Below are positions 1 through 9,758 of a DNA stretch of 64,000 nt, piece by piece (positions within the stretch are counted from its first letter, which is position 1; the number at the start of each line of letters is the position of its first letter). The translations under genes were made by a program, and so were the position numbers. The notes under the pieces were generated by a model that made no database searches, was not told where the DNA came from, and saw nothing but the letters and a program-made list of their open reading frames with translations. The stretch is from a virus (taxonomy: Duplodnaviria; Caudoviricetes), in IMG/VR virus record IMGVR_UViG_3300028805_000086, positions 1 to 64,000 of that record; one strand, given 5' to 3'.

Positions 1-115
1 ATTTGAAAAATCTCCGGGGGAGGTATTTTAGGATGCCTCTCCTGGATATTCCTCCAGATTTGATGGGGGAAAGTCGGGTAGTCATGTGACTTTTTTATTG
101 TGCTATGCGGATTTG

Positions 116-202
116 TACTTTTGAGAAGGGTGCCAGGTCTAACTGACACAGAAGTGGTTGGCTGTGTCCTCCTTTCAGAGCCTGACATCCTTCTCAAAAG
201 TA
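116..202 (+). ncRNA. Long hairpin presenting an anti-Shine-Dalgarno-like CTCCTTTC
   Basis: tacttttgagaagggtgccagg (116-137) pairs with cctgacatccttctcaaaagta (181-202). Inner hairpin gacacag/ctgtgtc; CTCCTTTC at 169-176. Confidence 0.5.
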
Positions 203-278
203 TGATGAAACATGGCTGAAACTCTTTTTATCGATATTGAAACCAGTCAGAAACTGCCGGAGAGGAAGTGAAAAGTGA

Positions 279-620
279 ATGGCTGGACGTCAAAACTCGA
301 ATTCGGCTAATTCACGCAGACGACCACCGGCTACGGATAATGAGATGAGGGAGAACCAAATGATCGCTTTGGCAATTGACGCCGCAGAGAGAGATCTTTT
401 AAGTCCAAATCCTTCTAAACAGATCGTTGTTCATTATCTAAAACTGGCTACAGTACAAGCACAGCTTGAAAGGGAAAAACTCCGACACGAGAATCAGTTG
501 CTAATTGCAAAGACCGATGCGTTGGAATCTCAAGCGCGAACCGAAGAGTTATATCGAAATGCAATTGAAGCGATGGCCTCGTATTCAGGAGGATTCCGTC
601 AAGAAAGCGAACCAGATTAA
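279..620 (+). CDS. Hypothetical protein, possible small terminase subunit
   Basis: 113-aa helical ORF after ggagagg. Role inferred only from its position upstream of HNH and terminase. Confidence 0.5.
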   Translation: MAGRQNSNSANSRRRPPATDNEMRENQMIALAIDAAERDLLSPNPSKQIVVHYLKLATVQAQLEREKLRHENQLLIAKTDALESQARTEELYRNAIEAMASYSGGFRQESEPD

Positions 621-666
621 TGGCAATTTTGGTTCTGCTATTTCGTACCTTTACAACTTAATACTT

Positions 667-753
667 AAACATGCGGTGGCGGAAAAGGTAGACGCTATTT
701 AAAGTAGGCTATTTTGTTAGTCATGTGAGGTGCAAATCCTTACCCGTTTGTTT
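667..753 (+). ncRNA. tRNA-like element (degenerate, no clear anticodon arm)
   Basis: D-arm-like GGTGGCGGAAAAGGTAGACGC, T-arm-like GTGAGG-TGCAAAT-CCTTAC, terminal pairing aaacatgcgg/ccgtttgttt. Confidence 0.5.
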
Positions 754-784
754 TTATGCGACTTTTGAGTAAAAGGAGATCAAA

Positions 785-1204
785 ATGGCGCAGATTATTA
801 GATGTTATCGAGAGCTAAGAAGACTCCCGACTTTTGAAGAGAGATATGAGTATCTTCGACTTGGTGGAATTGTTGGTGAAACAACATTTGGTTTTGAACG
901 TTATATGAATCAAATGTTATATTCATCCAGCCAATGGCGGAGAGTTAGAAATCAAGTTATCATTCGTGATAACGGATGTGATCTTGGTATAGATGGCTAT
1001 GAAATTGGTGATCGTATAATCATTCATCATATGAATCCAATTACTGCTGAACAAATAGAAGAATCTGCTTCTGAGATATTTGATCCAGAGTATCTTATTT
1101 GCGTTTCTAGACGTACGCATGATGCTATTCATTATGGTGATAAAGATTTACTTCCACAGCTTCCAATAGATCGTTCTCCTAGTGATATGTGCCCTTGGAG
1201 GTGA
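785..1204 (+). CDS. HNH endonuclease (packaging-associated)
   Basis: VIIRDNGCDLG...IIIHHMNP...LICVSRRTHDAIH; RBS aaggag; sits before the terminase. Confidence 0.85.
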   Translation: MAQIIRCYRELRRLPTFEERYEYLRLGGIVGETTFGFERYMNQMLYSSSQWRRVRNQVIIRDNGCDLGIDGYEIGDRIIIHHMNPITAEQIEESASEIFDPEYLICVSRRTHDAIHYGDKDLLPQLPIDRSPSDMCPWR

Positions 1205-1208
1205 CGAT

Positions 1209-1385
1209 ATGACAACTGCTATCGAAGAATCTACAGTTTTTGCATGCCCATTTGAAGATTTATGTGAAGAAGTATATTCTGAACCACAAATGAAAGAATT
1301 TCGTAAGCAATGTACTTTTGAAACTTGCAAAAAGTGCGACCATTATTGGGGCTTTTTTCAAGGTTATTGTGAAGCAATAGAATGA
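1209..1385 (+). CDS. Small Cys-rich hypothetical protein
   Basis: RBS ggaggtga then ATG 1209; several Cys residues (CPFEDLC, CTFETCKKC). Confidence 0.6.
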   Translation: MTTAIEESTVFACPFEDLCEEVYSEPQMKEFRKQCTFETCKKCDHYWGFFQGYCEAIE

Positions 1386-1403
1386 TATTAGGAGGACCAC
1401 TTT

Positions 1404-2000
1404 ATGAATCGGTATTTAATCCATCATGGCATTCGTGGTCAGAAATGGGGCGAACGCCGATTTCAGAATGAAGATGGAAGCCTTACTCCTGAAGGCAAAA
1501 TAAGATATGCTGGCGATTCATTAAAACGACAGCAAACTTTATTTGTATCTGGATCTTCTAAAACTCAAGATAAAACATCGGAGTATTATCGGAAAAAGCT
1601 TCCTAAAGAGATTCGAAAAGAATTGAAAAAAAGTATAAAACAAAAAGATAAAATCGTTGTTGGCGATGCTCCTGGTATTGACCGACAAGTACAAGATTTT
1701 TTGAAGAAGCATAAATACAAAGATGTTGAGATTTATGGACCTGGCAAGAAAGTTCGATATTCAGCAAATAAGAATTGGAAAACGCATCCTATAGATGATC
1801 CAAAGCATGAGCCTTTTTCGAAAGAATGGCTAGCGAAGAAAGACAAAGTAATGACCAGAGTAGCTGATAAAGGTCTTGCAGTGATCCTAGATGAAGGAGC
1901 TACTGCTACTAGAAATAATGTTCAGCGCCTTATTGATCAGAATAAGCAGGTTAAAGTATATAGCCTGAATCGATATGAAAAAGACAATTGGGTTGGCTAG
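1404..2000 (+). CDS. HHG-leader protein with SLOG/DprA-like domain
   Basis: N-terminal YLIHHGIRGQKWG. LFVSGS...IVVGDAPGIDRQVQ...GATATRNN resembles a SLOG Rossmann-like fold. Confidence 0.6.
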   Translation: MNRYLIHHGIRGQKWGERRFQNEDGSLTPEGKIRYAGDSLKRQQTLFVSGSSKTQDKTSEYYRKKLPKEIRKELKKSIKQKDKIVVGDAPGIDRQVQDFLKKHKYKDVEIYGPGKKVRYSANKNWKTHPIDDPKHEPFSKEWLAKKDKVMTRVADKGLAVILDEGATATRNNVQRLIDQNKQVKVYSLNRYEKDNWVG

Positions 2001-2011
2001 GAGGAATTGAT

Positions 2012-2380
2012 ATGGACGAAAGCATTCTTATAACTATTAAGAAAATGCTAGGGCTTGATGATGAGTATCAGCCTTTTGATGCAGATGTGATCGTTCTGAT
2101 CAATTCTGCTTTAATGACGTTAACACAGCTAGGAGTTGGTCCTAAGAATGGCTATGCCATTACTGATTACAATTCGAAATGGTCAGATTTCCTGGTAAAT
2201 GATATAAAACTTGAAGCTGTAAAAAACTATGTGTATCTAAAAGTTAGAGTAACATTTGACCCGCCGACTAGCAGTTCTGTTTTAGAAGCATATAAACAGC
2301 AATTAAATGAACTAGAATGGCGTTTAAATGTTCAGGCTGAATCTGTAGAGAATTTCAATTTTGTGAAAGAAACTATTTAA
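2012..2380 (+). CDS. Head-tail connector protein
   Basis: MDESILITIKKMLG...FDPPTSS...ELEWRL; RBS aggagg; lies in the head module. Confidence 0.7.
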   Translation: MDESILITIKKMLGLDDEYQPFDADVIVLINSALMTLTQLGVGPKNGYAITDYNSKWSDFLVNDIKLEAVKNYVYLKVRVTFDPPTSSSVLEAYKQQLNELEWRLNVQAESVENFNFVKETI

Positions 2381-2398
2381 TTAAAAGGAGGAATTACT

Positions 2399-2500
2399 AT
2401 GTTGACAAAGATCGTGGTAAGTCTGATCGTAATTACCGGGATTATTATGATAGTCGATTCGATTATGTTCGATGAAATTCCTCCCGATAGTGTTAAATAA
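2399..2500 (+). CDS. 33-aa membrane peptide (below ORF-track cutoff)
   Basis: aggagg RBS; MLTKIVVSLIVITGIIMIVDSIMFDEIPPDSVK; its TAA overlaps the terminase ATG (TAATG). Confidence 0.6.
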   Translation: MLTKIVVSLIVITGIIMIVDSIMFDEIPPDSVK

Positions 2501-4242
2501 TGCTGTCAAATACAGCAACTCCGTATTATTACGGTTTATTTAGAGACAAGGTTATTCGAGGAGAACTTCCAGTTTGCAAAGAAATAGAGATGGAAATGAA
2601 TCGAATCGATGCCTTGATTAGAAATCCCGGTGTCTACTATGATCCAGATGGGATCAATGGTTGGGTAGAATTTTGTGAAAATGAATTAACACTAACTGAT
2701 GGATCCGATCTCTTTTTATTAGATACGTTTAAGCTTTGGGGAGAAGAGATCTTCGGTTGGTATTATTTTGTAGATAGAAGTGTTCCGGTTCCAAATGCTA
2801 GTGGTTCCGGAGTGCATTACGAAACTCGTCGAATTAAGAAACGTTTGACAAATAAACAATTTCTTATAATTCCAAGAAATGCTGCCAAGTCAATGTATGC
2901 GAGTAACATACAAAGTTATTTTTTGACGGTTGATACGTCAACAACTCATCAGATTACAACTGCGCCTACTATGAAGCAGGCTGATGAGGTTATGAGCCCG
3001 ATTAGGACAGCAATAGCCAGATCACGAGGACCTTTATTTAAGTTCTTAACCGATGGAAGTCTTCAAAATACAACCGGTAGTAAAGCTAATCGCCAAAAAT
3101 TAGCATCTACCAAAAAAGGTATTGAAAACTTGCTTACTAATTCTCTTCTTGAGATTCGTCCTATGACTGTTGATAAACTTCAGGGTCTTCGTTGTAAAAT
3201 CGCAACCGTGGATGAATGGTTAAGTGGTGATGTTCGCGAGGATGTTATTGGTGCCATTGAGCAAGGTGCCAGTAAGAATGAAGATTATTTGATTGTTGCC
3301 ACAAGTTCCGAAGGCACTGTTCGAAATGGTAGCGGCGATACTATAAAGATGGAACTCATGAGCATTCTTCGTGGCGAATATTATAACCCGCATGTATCGA
3401 TTTGGTACTATAAGCTTGATGATATTAAAGAAGTTGCTGATCCAGATATGTGGATTAAAGCGAATCCTAATTTAGGTAAGACAGCAACTTATGAAACATA
3501 TCAGTTAGAAGTTGAACGTATGGAAAAAGCTCCCGCCAATCGAAATGATATTCTAGCGAAGCGGTTTAATATTCCTATGGAAGGCTGTACTTATTTCTTT
3601 ACTTATGAAGAAACACTTCCGCATAGAAGAAGAGACTTTTGGCAGATGCCTTGTGCTATGGGAGCCGACCTTTCCCAGGGTGATGACTTTACAGCATTTA
3701 CTTTTATGTTCCCATTAGGCGGAGGCTCATTTGGCATTAAGACTCGTTGCTATATTACTTCTTTAACACTTAATAAATTACCAGCAGCAATGAGAATGAA
3801 ATATGATAGCTTTATAAATGAAGGCAGTTTGATCATCATGGAAGGCACAGTTCTTGAGATGATGGATGTCTATGACGATCTTGATCGCCATATAGCTGAG
3901 TCTGGTTATGATGTGCGATGCTTTGGATACGATCCATATAATGCACGTGGATTTGTTGAACGCTGGATTCGAGAAAATGGTGAATTTGGTGTTGAGAAAG
4001 TAATCCAGGGAGCTAAAACAGAAAGTGTACCTCTTGGAGAACTTAAGAAATTAAGCGAAGAGCGAATGCTTATATTTGATCAGGATCTTATGACATTTGC
4101 TATGGGTAATGCTATTACTCTTGAAGATACAAATGGAAATCGTAAGCTTTTGAAGAAGCGGTATGATCAAAAGATTGACTCTGTGGCAGCCATGATTGAT
4201 GCTTATGTGGCATATAGGTTGAATACAGATATGTTTGAATAA
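2500..4242 (+). CDS. terL: Terminase large subunit
   Basis: Walker A-like IPRNAAKS, Walker B ATVDE, nuclease GADLSQGDDF and KIDSVAAMIDA. Confidence 0.95.
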   Translation: MLSNTATPYYYGLFRDKVIRGELPVCKEIEMEMNRIDALIRNPGVYYDPDGINGWVEFCENELTLTDGSDLFLLDTFKLWGEEIFGWYYFVDRSVPVPNASGSGVHYETRRIKKRLTNKQFLIIPRNAAKSMYASNIQSYFLTVDTSTTHQITTAPTMKQADEVMSPIRTAIARSRGPLFKFLTDGSLQNTTGSKANRQKLASTKKGIENLLTNSLLEIRPMTVDKLQGLRCKIATVDEWLSGDVREDVIGAIEQGASKNEDYLIVATSSEGTVRNGSGDTIKMELMSILRGEYYNPHVSIWYYKLDDIKEVADPDMWIKANPNLGKTATYETYQLEVERMEKAPANRNDILAKRFNIPMEGCTYFFTYEETLPHRRRDFWQMPCAMGADLSQGDDFTAFTFMFPLGGGSFGIKTRCYITSLTLNKLPAAMRMKYDSFINEGSLIIMEGTVLEMMDVYDDLDRHIAESGYDVRCFGYDPYNARGFVERWIRENGEFGVEKVIQGAKTESVPLGELKKLSEERMLIFDQDLMTFAMGNAITLEDTNGNRKLLKKRYDQKIDSVAAMIDAYVAYRLNTDMFE

Positions 4243-4267
4243 AAGCCATAATGGTGGAGGTGTTATT

Positions 4268-4816
4268 ATGTGGGAATACAATTATGAACTTTATCATCAT
4301 GGCATAAAAGGACAAAAATGGTATCAACGTAATTACCAGGATGTTAATGGAAAGCTTACATTAGCAGGTCGAATCAGATATGGCGTTGGACAAGGTTTGA
4401 AGAAAACAAAAGAAACCGTAAATAAAGGGATAACTAATATTAAAAATAATCATGATGCTCGAAATAATCGACCTATAGATGCTTATAGCACCAATAAAGA
4501 AGTTCAAAAGTTTTATGCAAAAGTTGCAGCGAAAACCGTAAAACAGAATAAAAAAGATCGGCAAATTGAAAAAAATAAAGCTGAAGAAAAGTACGGTTAT
4601 AAAATAAGTAATCGTCAAATGAAATTATATAATGAATTCAAGAAAAAAGGTTTTACCGAAGAACAAGCAATGGCTGCTGCTAAAAAACGAGCTAAAACGG
4701 AACGAATATTAAAGATGGCAGGTCCAAAACCATTGGCTGCTGCTTTAGTTTATACCGGTGCAAAGCAATATATTTCTGCTAATACTAATCATAAAAAAGA
4801 GTCCAATAATGGCTAA
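4268..4816 (+). CDS. Basic HHG-leader protein
   Basis: ELYHHGIKGQKW leader; Lys-rich; RBS ggaggtg. Confidence 0.7.
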   Translation: MWEYNYELYHHGIKGQKWYQRNYQDVNGKLTLAGRIRYGVGQGLKKTKETVNKGITNIKNNHDARNNRPIDAYSTNKEVQKFYAKVAAKTVKQNKKDRQIEKNKAEEKYGYKISNRQMKLYNEFKKKGFTEEQAMAAAKKRAKTERILKMAGPKPLAAALVYTGAKQYISANTNHKKESNNG

Positions 4817-4836
4817 TATTATATTTCCGAAACATA

Positions 4837-5334
4837 TTGGGAGTGAACCTTATGCATTTGGACAAATCAAATAAAAAAGGACACGGTTTCTCAGATCGTC
4901 CATTTTATAGTAATACTAATGCAACAATATATTCTACAGAGCTGTGGCATTATGGAGTTCCTGGAATGCATTGGGGAGAAATAACTAAAGGATATGTTAA
5001 AGTCGGTTCGAAGATAGGCTCTGCGATTAAAAGCAAAATCTCTTCAAAGACAGTATCGCCTATAAAGGACGCCATTTCTAAAATCGCTAATTTAGAAAAT
5101 ATTAAAAAGAAAATGCGTCAGAAACATGCTGACCAATCTAATCCTAACATCGTTCGTTATGACAATAAGGTTTTAACGATTAATCCAAGGCATAAAACAG
5201 AAAAAGATATTGCTAATTCTGGAGCAAAAGCCATAAATACTTTAGTCGAAAAGAAAGTAAAACCTGATAATACTAAAGATTATAGTTATGCCTTAGAACA
5301 AGTATTAAAGACCAGAAAAGTAAAAGGTAGGTGA
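4837..5334 (+). CDS. Basic HYG-leader protein (start uncertain)
   Basis: ELWHYGVPGMHWG motif; Lys-rich. Confidence 0.6.
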   Translation: MGVNLMHLDKSNKKGHGFSDRPFYSNTNATIYSTELWHYGVPGMHWGEITKGYVKVGSKIGSAIKSKISSKTVSPIKDAISKIANLENIKKKMRQKHADQSNPNIVRYDNKVLTINPRHKTEKDIANSGAKAINTLVEKKVKPDNTKDYSYALEQVLKTRKVKGR

Positions 5335-5339
5335 TTGAA

Positions 5340-5960
5340 ATGGGAGATGAGTACAGAGCCTGGAGATATAATTCTGATTATTTGTACCATTATGGAATTC
5401 ATGGTCAGAAATGGGGCGAACGTAATTTTCAAAATGAAGATGGTTCATTAACTGCTGCTGGAAGAATTCGTTATGGTGTCGGACAAGGTCTTAAGAAAGC
5501 AAAAGAAGTTACAAATAAAAAGATTACTAATGTTAAAGCTAAACACCAGGCTAAGAAAGATGCAAAGCCTGAAAGTACAACGTGGAAATCTAAAGAAGCC
5601 AAATATTTGTCTGAAGCAGAACTAAATCGGCGAAATAATAGACTCCAGAAAGAAGAACAGTATAAGCGTATGACAGAAAGTCGCTGGAGTAAAAGAAAGC
5701 GCGGATTTAAAACTACGCTTAGTGCAATTGCTGTTGGCAGTGCGGTTGGTGTTGGGAAAGAACTTGCGAAAGCCAATTATAAGAAGTTATTTAATTCAAT
5801 TGGCAAAACACAAATTGCAAAAGCCGGAAAGAATTTTATAAAAGAGCATTCTAAAACTTTGGCAAAGAACATAATGAAAAATCCTGCAGTTAAGTCCGTT
5901 GCAAAAAAAGTTACAAAGAATGTTACTAAATGGGCTGCAAAGGGCGGAGCTTCCGCATAA
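5340..5960 (+). CDS. Basic HYG-leader protein
   Basis: YLYHYGIHGQKWGERNFQNEDGSLT; shares GRIRYGVGQGLKK with the 4268 ORF. Confidence 0.7.
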   Translation: MGDEYRAWRYNSDYLYHYGIHGQKWGERNFQNEDGSLTAAGRIRYGVGQGLKKAKEVTNKKITNVKAKHQAKKDAKPESTTWKSKEAKYLSEAELNRRNNRLQKEEQYKRMTESRWSKRKRGFKTTLSAIAVGSAVGVGKELAKANYKKLFNSIGKTQIAKAGKNFIKEHSKTLAKNIMKNPAVKSVAKKVTKNVTKWAAKGGASA

Positions 5961-5996
5961 AACGTACAAGGTTAGATTGAAAGGAGGTGGCGCCGA

Positions 5997-7307
5997 TTGG
6001 CTGAAATGAATCAGGATGCACTGTCTTTTGGTCAAAGACTAAAACATGCATGGAATGTATTTACTGGTAGAGATCAGCAGAGAATCTTTCAACAAGATCT
6101 TGGTGCCTCCTATTATACTCGACCCGATAGAGTTCGTCTTAAATTAGGAAATGAACGAACTATATTGGCTAGTATTTATAGCAGAATTGCAATCGACGCC
6201 GCTAGTGTTAAAATTCAGCATGTACGTCTTGATGACTCAGATCGGTATATAGAGACTATTGATTCTGGTTTAAATTATTGTTTGAATGTAGAATCAAATA
6301 TTGATCAAACATCACGAGCGTTTAAACAAGATTTATACATGAGCATGCTGGATGAAGGGGTTGTGGCTGTTGTACCTGTAGATACTAGTTATAATCCTAT
6401 GGATACCAGTAGTTTTGATATTAATAGCCTTAGAACTGCTAAAATCTTGGACTGGTATCCGCAACATGTGCGACTTGAAATTTATAATGACCGAACGGGT
6501 CAGAAGGAAATTAAAATTCTTCCAAAAGAAACAGTCGCAATTATAGAAAACCCTCTTTATGCTGTGATGAACGAACCGATTTCTACTTTGAAACGGTTAA
6601 TTCATAAATTGAATTTGCTGGATAATGCCGATGAACAAAGCCTTAGTGGAAAATTGGACTTGATCATTCAATTGCCATACCCGATCAAGACTGAAATGCG
6701 AAGGCAGGAGGCAGAAAAGCGTCGTCGAGATATCGAAACGCAATTAACCAGCAACCGGTATGGCATCGCTTATACTGATGGAACCGAAAAGATAACTCAG
6801 TTAAATCGTGTTGTCGAAAATAAACTCATGGACCAAATCGAGTACTTTACGAGCATGCTATACAGCCAGTTGGGGATGACGAGGGAAGTCTTTGAGGGTA
6901 CTGCCGACGAACGAGTTATGTTGAATTATATCACTCGGACCATCGAGCCTCTTGTTGCTACTACCGCAGATGAGCTTAATAGAAAATTTCTAACAAAAAC
7001 AGCTCGAACAAGACATCAGCAAATAATGTATTTCAATGACATCTTCAAACTGGCGACTATGGACTCTATTGCGTCTGCTGGAAGCCAGTTGGTTGTTTCT
7101 GAAGTCATTACTAAGAATGAGCTTCGTCAAAAGATGGGTTACAAGCCTGTTAATGATCAAGCCGCAGATCAGCTGATGAACCCCAATATTAATCCTCAAA
7201 ATGGAAGCCAGATTCTATCAAGCGGGGAGAATACTGTGAATTTAACAAAGGATAGCGGTAGCGAGGGAATCAGCCTCTCTGAAATGAAGGTATCAGAGAT
7301 TATGTAA
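5997..7307 (+). CDS. Portal protein
   Basis: 436 aa between terminase and protease; SIYSRIAIDAA and ITKNELRQKMGYKP portal-type motifs. Confidence 0.9.
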   Translation: MAEMNQDALSFGQRLKHAWNVFTGRDQQRIFQQDLGASYYTRPDRVRLKLGNERTILASIYSRIAIDAASVKIQHVRLDDSDRYIETIDSGLNYCLNVESNIDQTSRAFKQDLYMSMLDEGVVAVVPVDTSYNPMDTSSFDINSLRTAKILDWYPQHVRLEIYNDRTGQKEIKILPKETVAIIENPLYAVMNEPISTLKRLIHKLNLLDNADEQSLSGKLDLIIQLPYPIKTEMRRQEAEKRRRDIETQLTSNRYGIAYTDGTEKITQLNRVVENKLMDQIEYFTSMLYSQLGMTREVFEGTADERVMLNYITRTIEPLVATTADELNRKFLTKTARTRHQQIMYFNDIFKLATMDSIASAGSQLVVSEVITKNELRQKMGYKPVNDQAADQLMNPNINPQNGSQILSSGENTVNLTKDSGSEGISLSEMKVSEIM

Positions 7308-7336
7308 TATTGCATAATCGGAAAGGACGAAAACGT

Positions 7337-9247
7337 ATGAAGAACAAACAATTTGACTTCGGCGGTTGGGCGACTAAAAATGATCTGCTCTGCGCCGATG
7401 GCAGAACCATTCGGAAGGACGCCTTCAAGGATGATGACGGTCGAACGGTTCCGCTTGTATGGCAGCATAATCATGATGATCCTACAAGAGTGATCGGTCA
7501 TGCTCTGCTGGAAAATAAGGAAGATGGCGTATATGCTTATTGCTCTTTTAATAATTCTGAACTTGGTCAGCATGTTAGAGAGCTGGTACGGCACGGTGAT
7601 GTTCGTAGTCTTAGCATTTATGCAAATCAGCTGAAACAGCACGGCGGCGATGTAGTTCATGGAGTTATCCGTGAAGTTAGCGTCGTTCTTGCTGGCGCGA
7701 ATCCTGGCGCAATTATTGAGTTCCCAATGCTCGCCCATGGCGAAGAAGCTACGGATGAGGCTGTGATTTGGAGCGGTGATGATATCGAACTCGACGATGA
7801 TCTGGCACACGCCGAAAATGATGAAAACGACTCCGAATCTGAAGAAGAACTCGCTCATGCGGATGATAAAGAATCTGAAAAGGGCGAAGATGAGGAAACT
7901 ATTCAGGACGTTCTTGACTCAATGAATGAAAAACAGCGCAAGGTTGTTGAGTATTTGGTTGGTCAGGCCCTGGAATCTGCTGAAGAAGAAAAAGCAGAGC
8001 ATGATGGAATGGAAGATGAAGAAAATCTGAGCCATTCCGATGATGAAGAAAATGACGAATCTAAAGAAGCTGATGATGCCGAATCCGAAAATGAAGAGGA
8101 GACTAAAGAAGAGGCTTCTGAAGAAGAAGTTGAACATTCTGATAATGAAGGAGAGGAATTCACTATGAAAAAGAATCTGTTTGATAATGATACTGCGAAT
8201 GAGAAGGAAGAGAACACCCTGACTCATGCACAGCTGGATACCTTGATTAGAGATGCAAAACGGCTCGGCAGTTTCCGTGCTTCCATTCTGGAGCATGGTG
8301 ATGACGATGAGCCTATTCATGTGCCCGCTACTTATGGCATTGACCATATTGATTACCTGATGCCCGAATATAAAGAGATTGGTAATGCTGCTCCTCAGTT
8401 TATCAAAAGGGATCAGACCTGGGTTGCGAAAGTGATGCAGGGTGTCCATCATATTCCGTTTAGCAAATTTAAGACTACTTTTGCTGACATTACTTCTGAT
8501 GAAGCTCGTGCCCGGGGCTATATTACCGGACATCGCAAGACTGAAGAAGTGTTCACTCTGCTTCGTCGGACCACTGATGCTACCACGGTTTACAAGAAGC
8601 AGAAGATGGATAGGGACAATGCTCTTGAAATCACAAGCTTTGACGTTATTGCCTGGCTGAAGAGCGAGATGCGGATGATGCTGGATGAGGAATTGGCTCG
8701 TGCTTTCCTGGTTGGTGATGGTCGTGATCCGTCTTCTGACGATAAGATTAATGAGTTGAACATTCGCCCCGTTCTGCGGGATGATGCTCTGTTCGTTGTT
8801 CGTCAGGAACTGGATCCTACCGGTGATTTGATTGATGCTGTGACTTATGGCTGGGAGAATTATCAGGGAAGTGGCAATTGCGTTGCTTTCATGACTCGGC
8901 ATACTTATAGTGGCCTGAAGTTGATGAAAGATAAGATGGGTCGTCGGATTTATGAAACTGATAGTGCTATCGCTAGTGCTCTTGGTGTTCGCGAAGTTAT
9001 CTTTGTGCCTCAGATGGGCGATGCTACTTCCGTGCGCGTTTCCGGTAACAAGACTTACAAGCCACTGGTTATCATTATGGACCTGAGTGATTATACGGTC
9101 GGCGCTGATAAGGGCGGCAGCATTAATATGTTCGAGGACTTCGATATCGACTACAACCAGATGAAGTATCTGATCGAAACTCGTTGCTCTGGTGCTCTGG
9201 TTAAGCCCTATAGCGCGATCGTGGTTGAGGAAGAAGTAAACCCTTAA
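7337..9247 (+). CDS. Prohead protease - acidic linker - HK97-fold major capsid fusion
   Basis: N-terminal FGGWAT...VPLVWQHNH...LSI...IREVSVVLAGANPGA (HK97-type protease). D/E-rich linker, then capsid domain. Possible internal RBS and ATG at 8165. Confidence 0.9.
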   Translation: MKNKQFDFGGWATKNDLLCADGRTIRKDAFKDDDGRTVPLVWQHNHDDPTRVIGHALLENKEDGVYAYCSFNNSELGQHVRELVRHGDVRSLSIYANQLKQHGGDVVHGVIREVSVVLAGANPGAIIEFPMLAHGEEATDEAVIWSGDDIELDDDLAHAENDENDSESEEELAHADDKESEKGEDEETIQDVLDSMNEKQRKVVEYLVGQALESAEEEKAEHDGMEDEENLSHSDDEENDESKEADDAESENEEETKEEASEEEVEHSDNEGEEFTMKKNLFDNDTANEKEENTLTHAQLDTLIRDAKRLGSFRASILEHGDDDEPIHVPATYGIDHIDYLMPEYKEIGNAAPQFIKRDQTWVAKVMQGVHHIPFSKFKTTFADITSDEARARGYITGHRKTEEVFTLLRRTTDATTVYKKQKMDRDNALEITSFDVIAWLKSEMRMMLDEELARAFLVGDGRDPSSDDKINELNIRPVLRDDALFVVRQELDPTGDLIDAVTYGWENYQGSGNCVAFMTRHTYSGLKLMKDKMGRRIYETDSAIASALGVREVIFVPQMGDATSVRVSGNKTYKPLVIIMDLSDYTVGADKGGSINMFEDFDIDYNQMKYLIETRCSGALVKPYSAIVVEEEVNP

Positions 9248-9366
9248 CGCCCCCTTCTGATGTCGGCAATGAAGGGGACAATACTCCAGGCGAGTCCGAC
9301 AATACGGATCCTACTATTACAGATCCTACTAATACGGATCCTACTAATACAGATCCTACTAATTAA
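9238..9366 (+). other. -1 programmed ribosomal frameshift signal and capsid C-terminal extension
   Basis: Slippery A AAC CCT (9238-9244). Pseudoknot stems 9251-9257/9271-9277 and 9261-9266/9296-9301. The -1 frame is open to TAA 9364-9366. Confidence 0.75.
9301..9363 (+). repeat. 15-bp tandem repeat x4 (AATACRGATCCTACT) encoding (N/I)TDPT
   Basis: Directly visible; in frame with the -1 extension. Confidence 0.9.
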
Positions 9367-9395
9367 TTCAAAATGGAAGTAAAGGAGGCATCGCT

Positions 9396-9758
9396 ATGGC
9401 AAAGTTTTATGGAATGATTGGCTTTGCTGAAGTTCGAGAAGGTACTGGCGACCGAATCGGAATTGATGAAGACGTCATTATTGAAAAACCTTACTATGGT
9501 GATGTTCTCCGAATTTCCAGGAGATATGAACATAGTGACAGCGTACTTGATGAACTGAAGATCGATAATAAAATAAGTATTGTAGCAGATGCGTATGCTC
9601 GGAATAATTTCTTTAGGATGAAATATATACAATGGATGGGTACTCTCTGGAATATTACAGGAGTAGAAGTAGAACGGCCGAGACTTATTTTAACAATCGG
9701 AGGTGTGTATAATGGGCCGACGGCAAGACTTGCACGCTCAACTGGTGAGCTTGTTTGA
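9396..9758 (+). CDS. Head-tail adaptor/closure protein
   Basis: Follows the capsid gene; ISIVADAYA...YIQWMGTLWNITGVEVERPRLILT. Confidence 0.7.
   Translation: MAKFYGMIGFAEVREGTGDRIGIDEDVIIEKPYYGDVLRISRRYEHSDSVLDELKIDNKISIVADAYARNNFFRMKYIQWMGTLWNITGVEVERPRLILTIGGVYNGPTARLARSTGELV

Noticed and set aside
1-60. Physical genome end / cos site
   Set aside because: The position before the packaging genes and the CCGGGGG run are suggestive, but this cannot be supported without the other end or read data.
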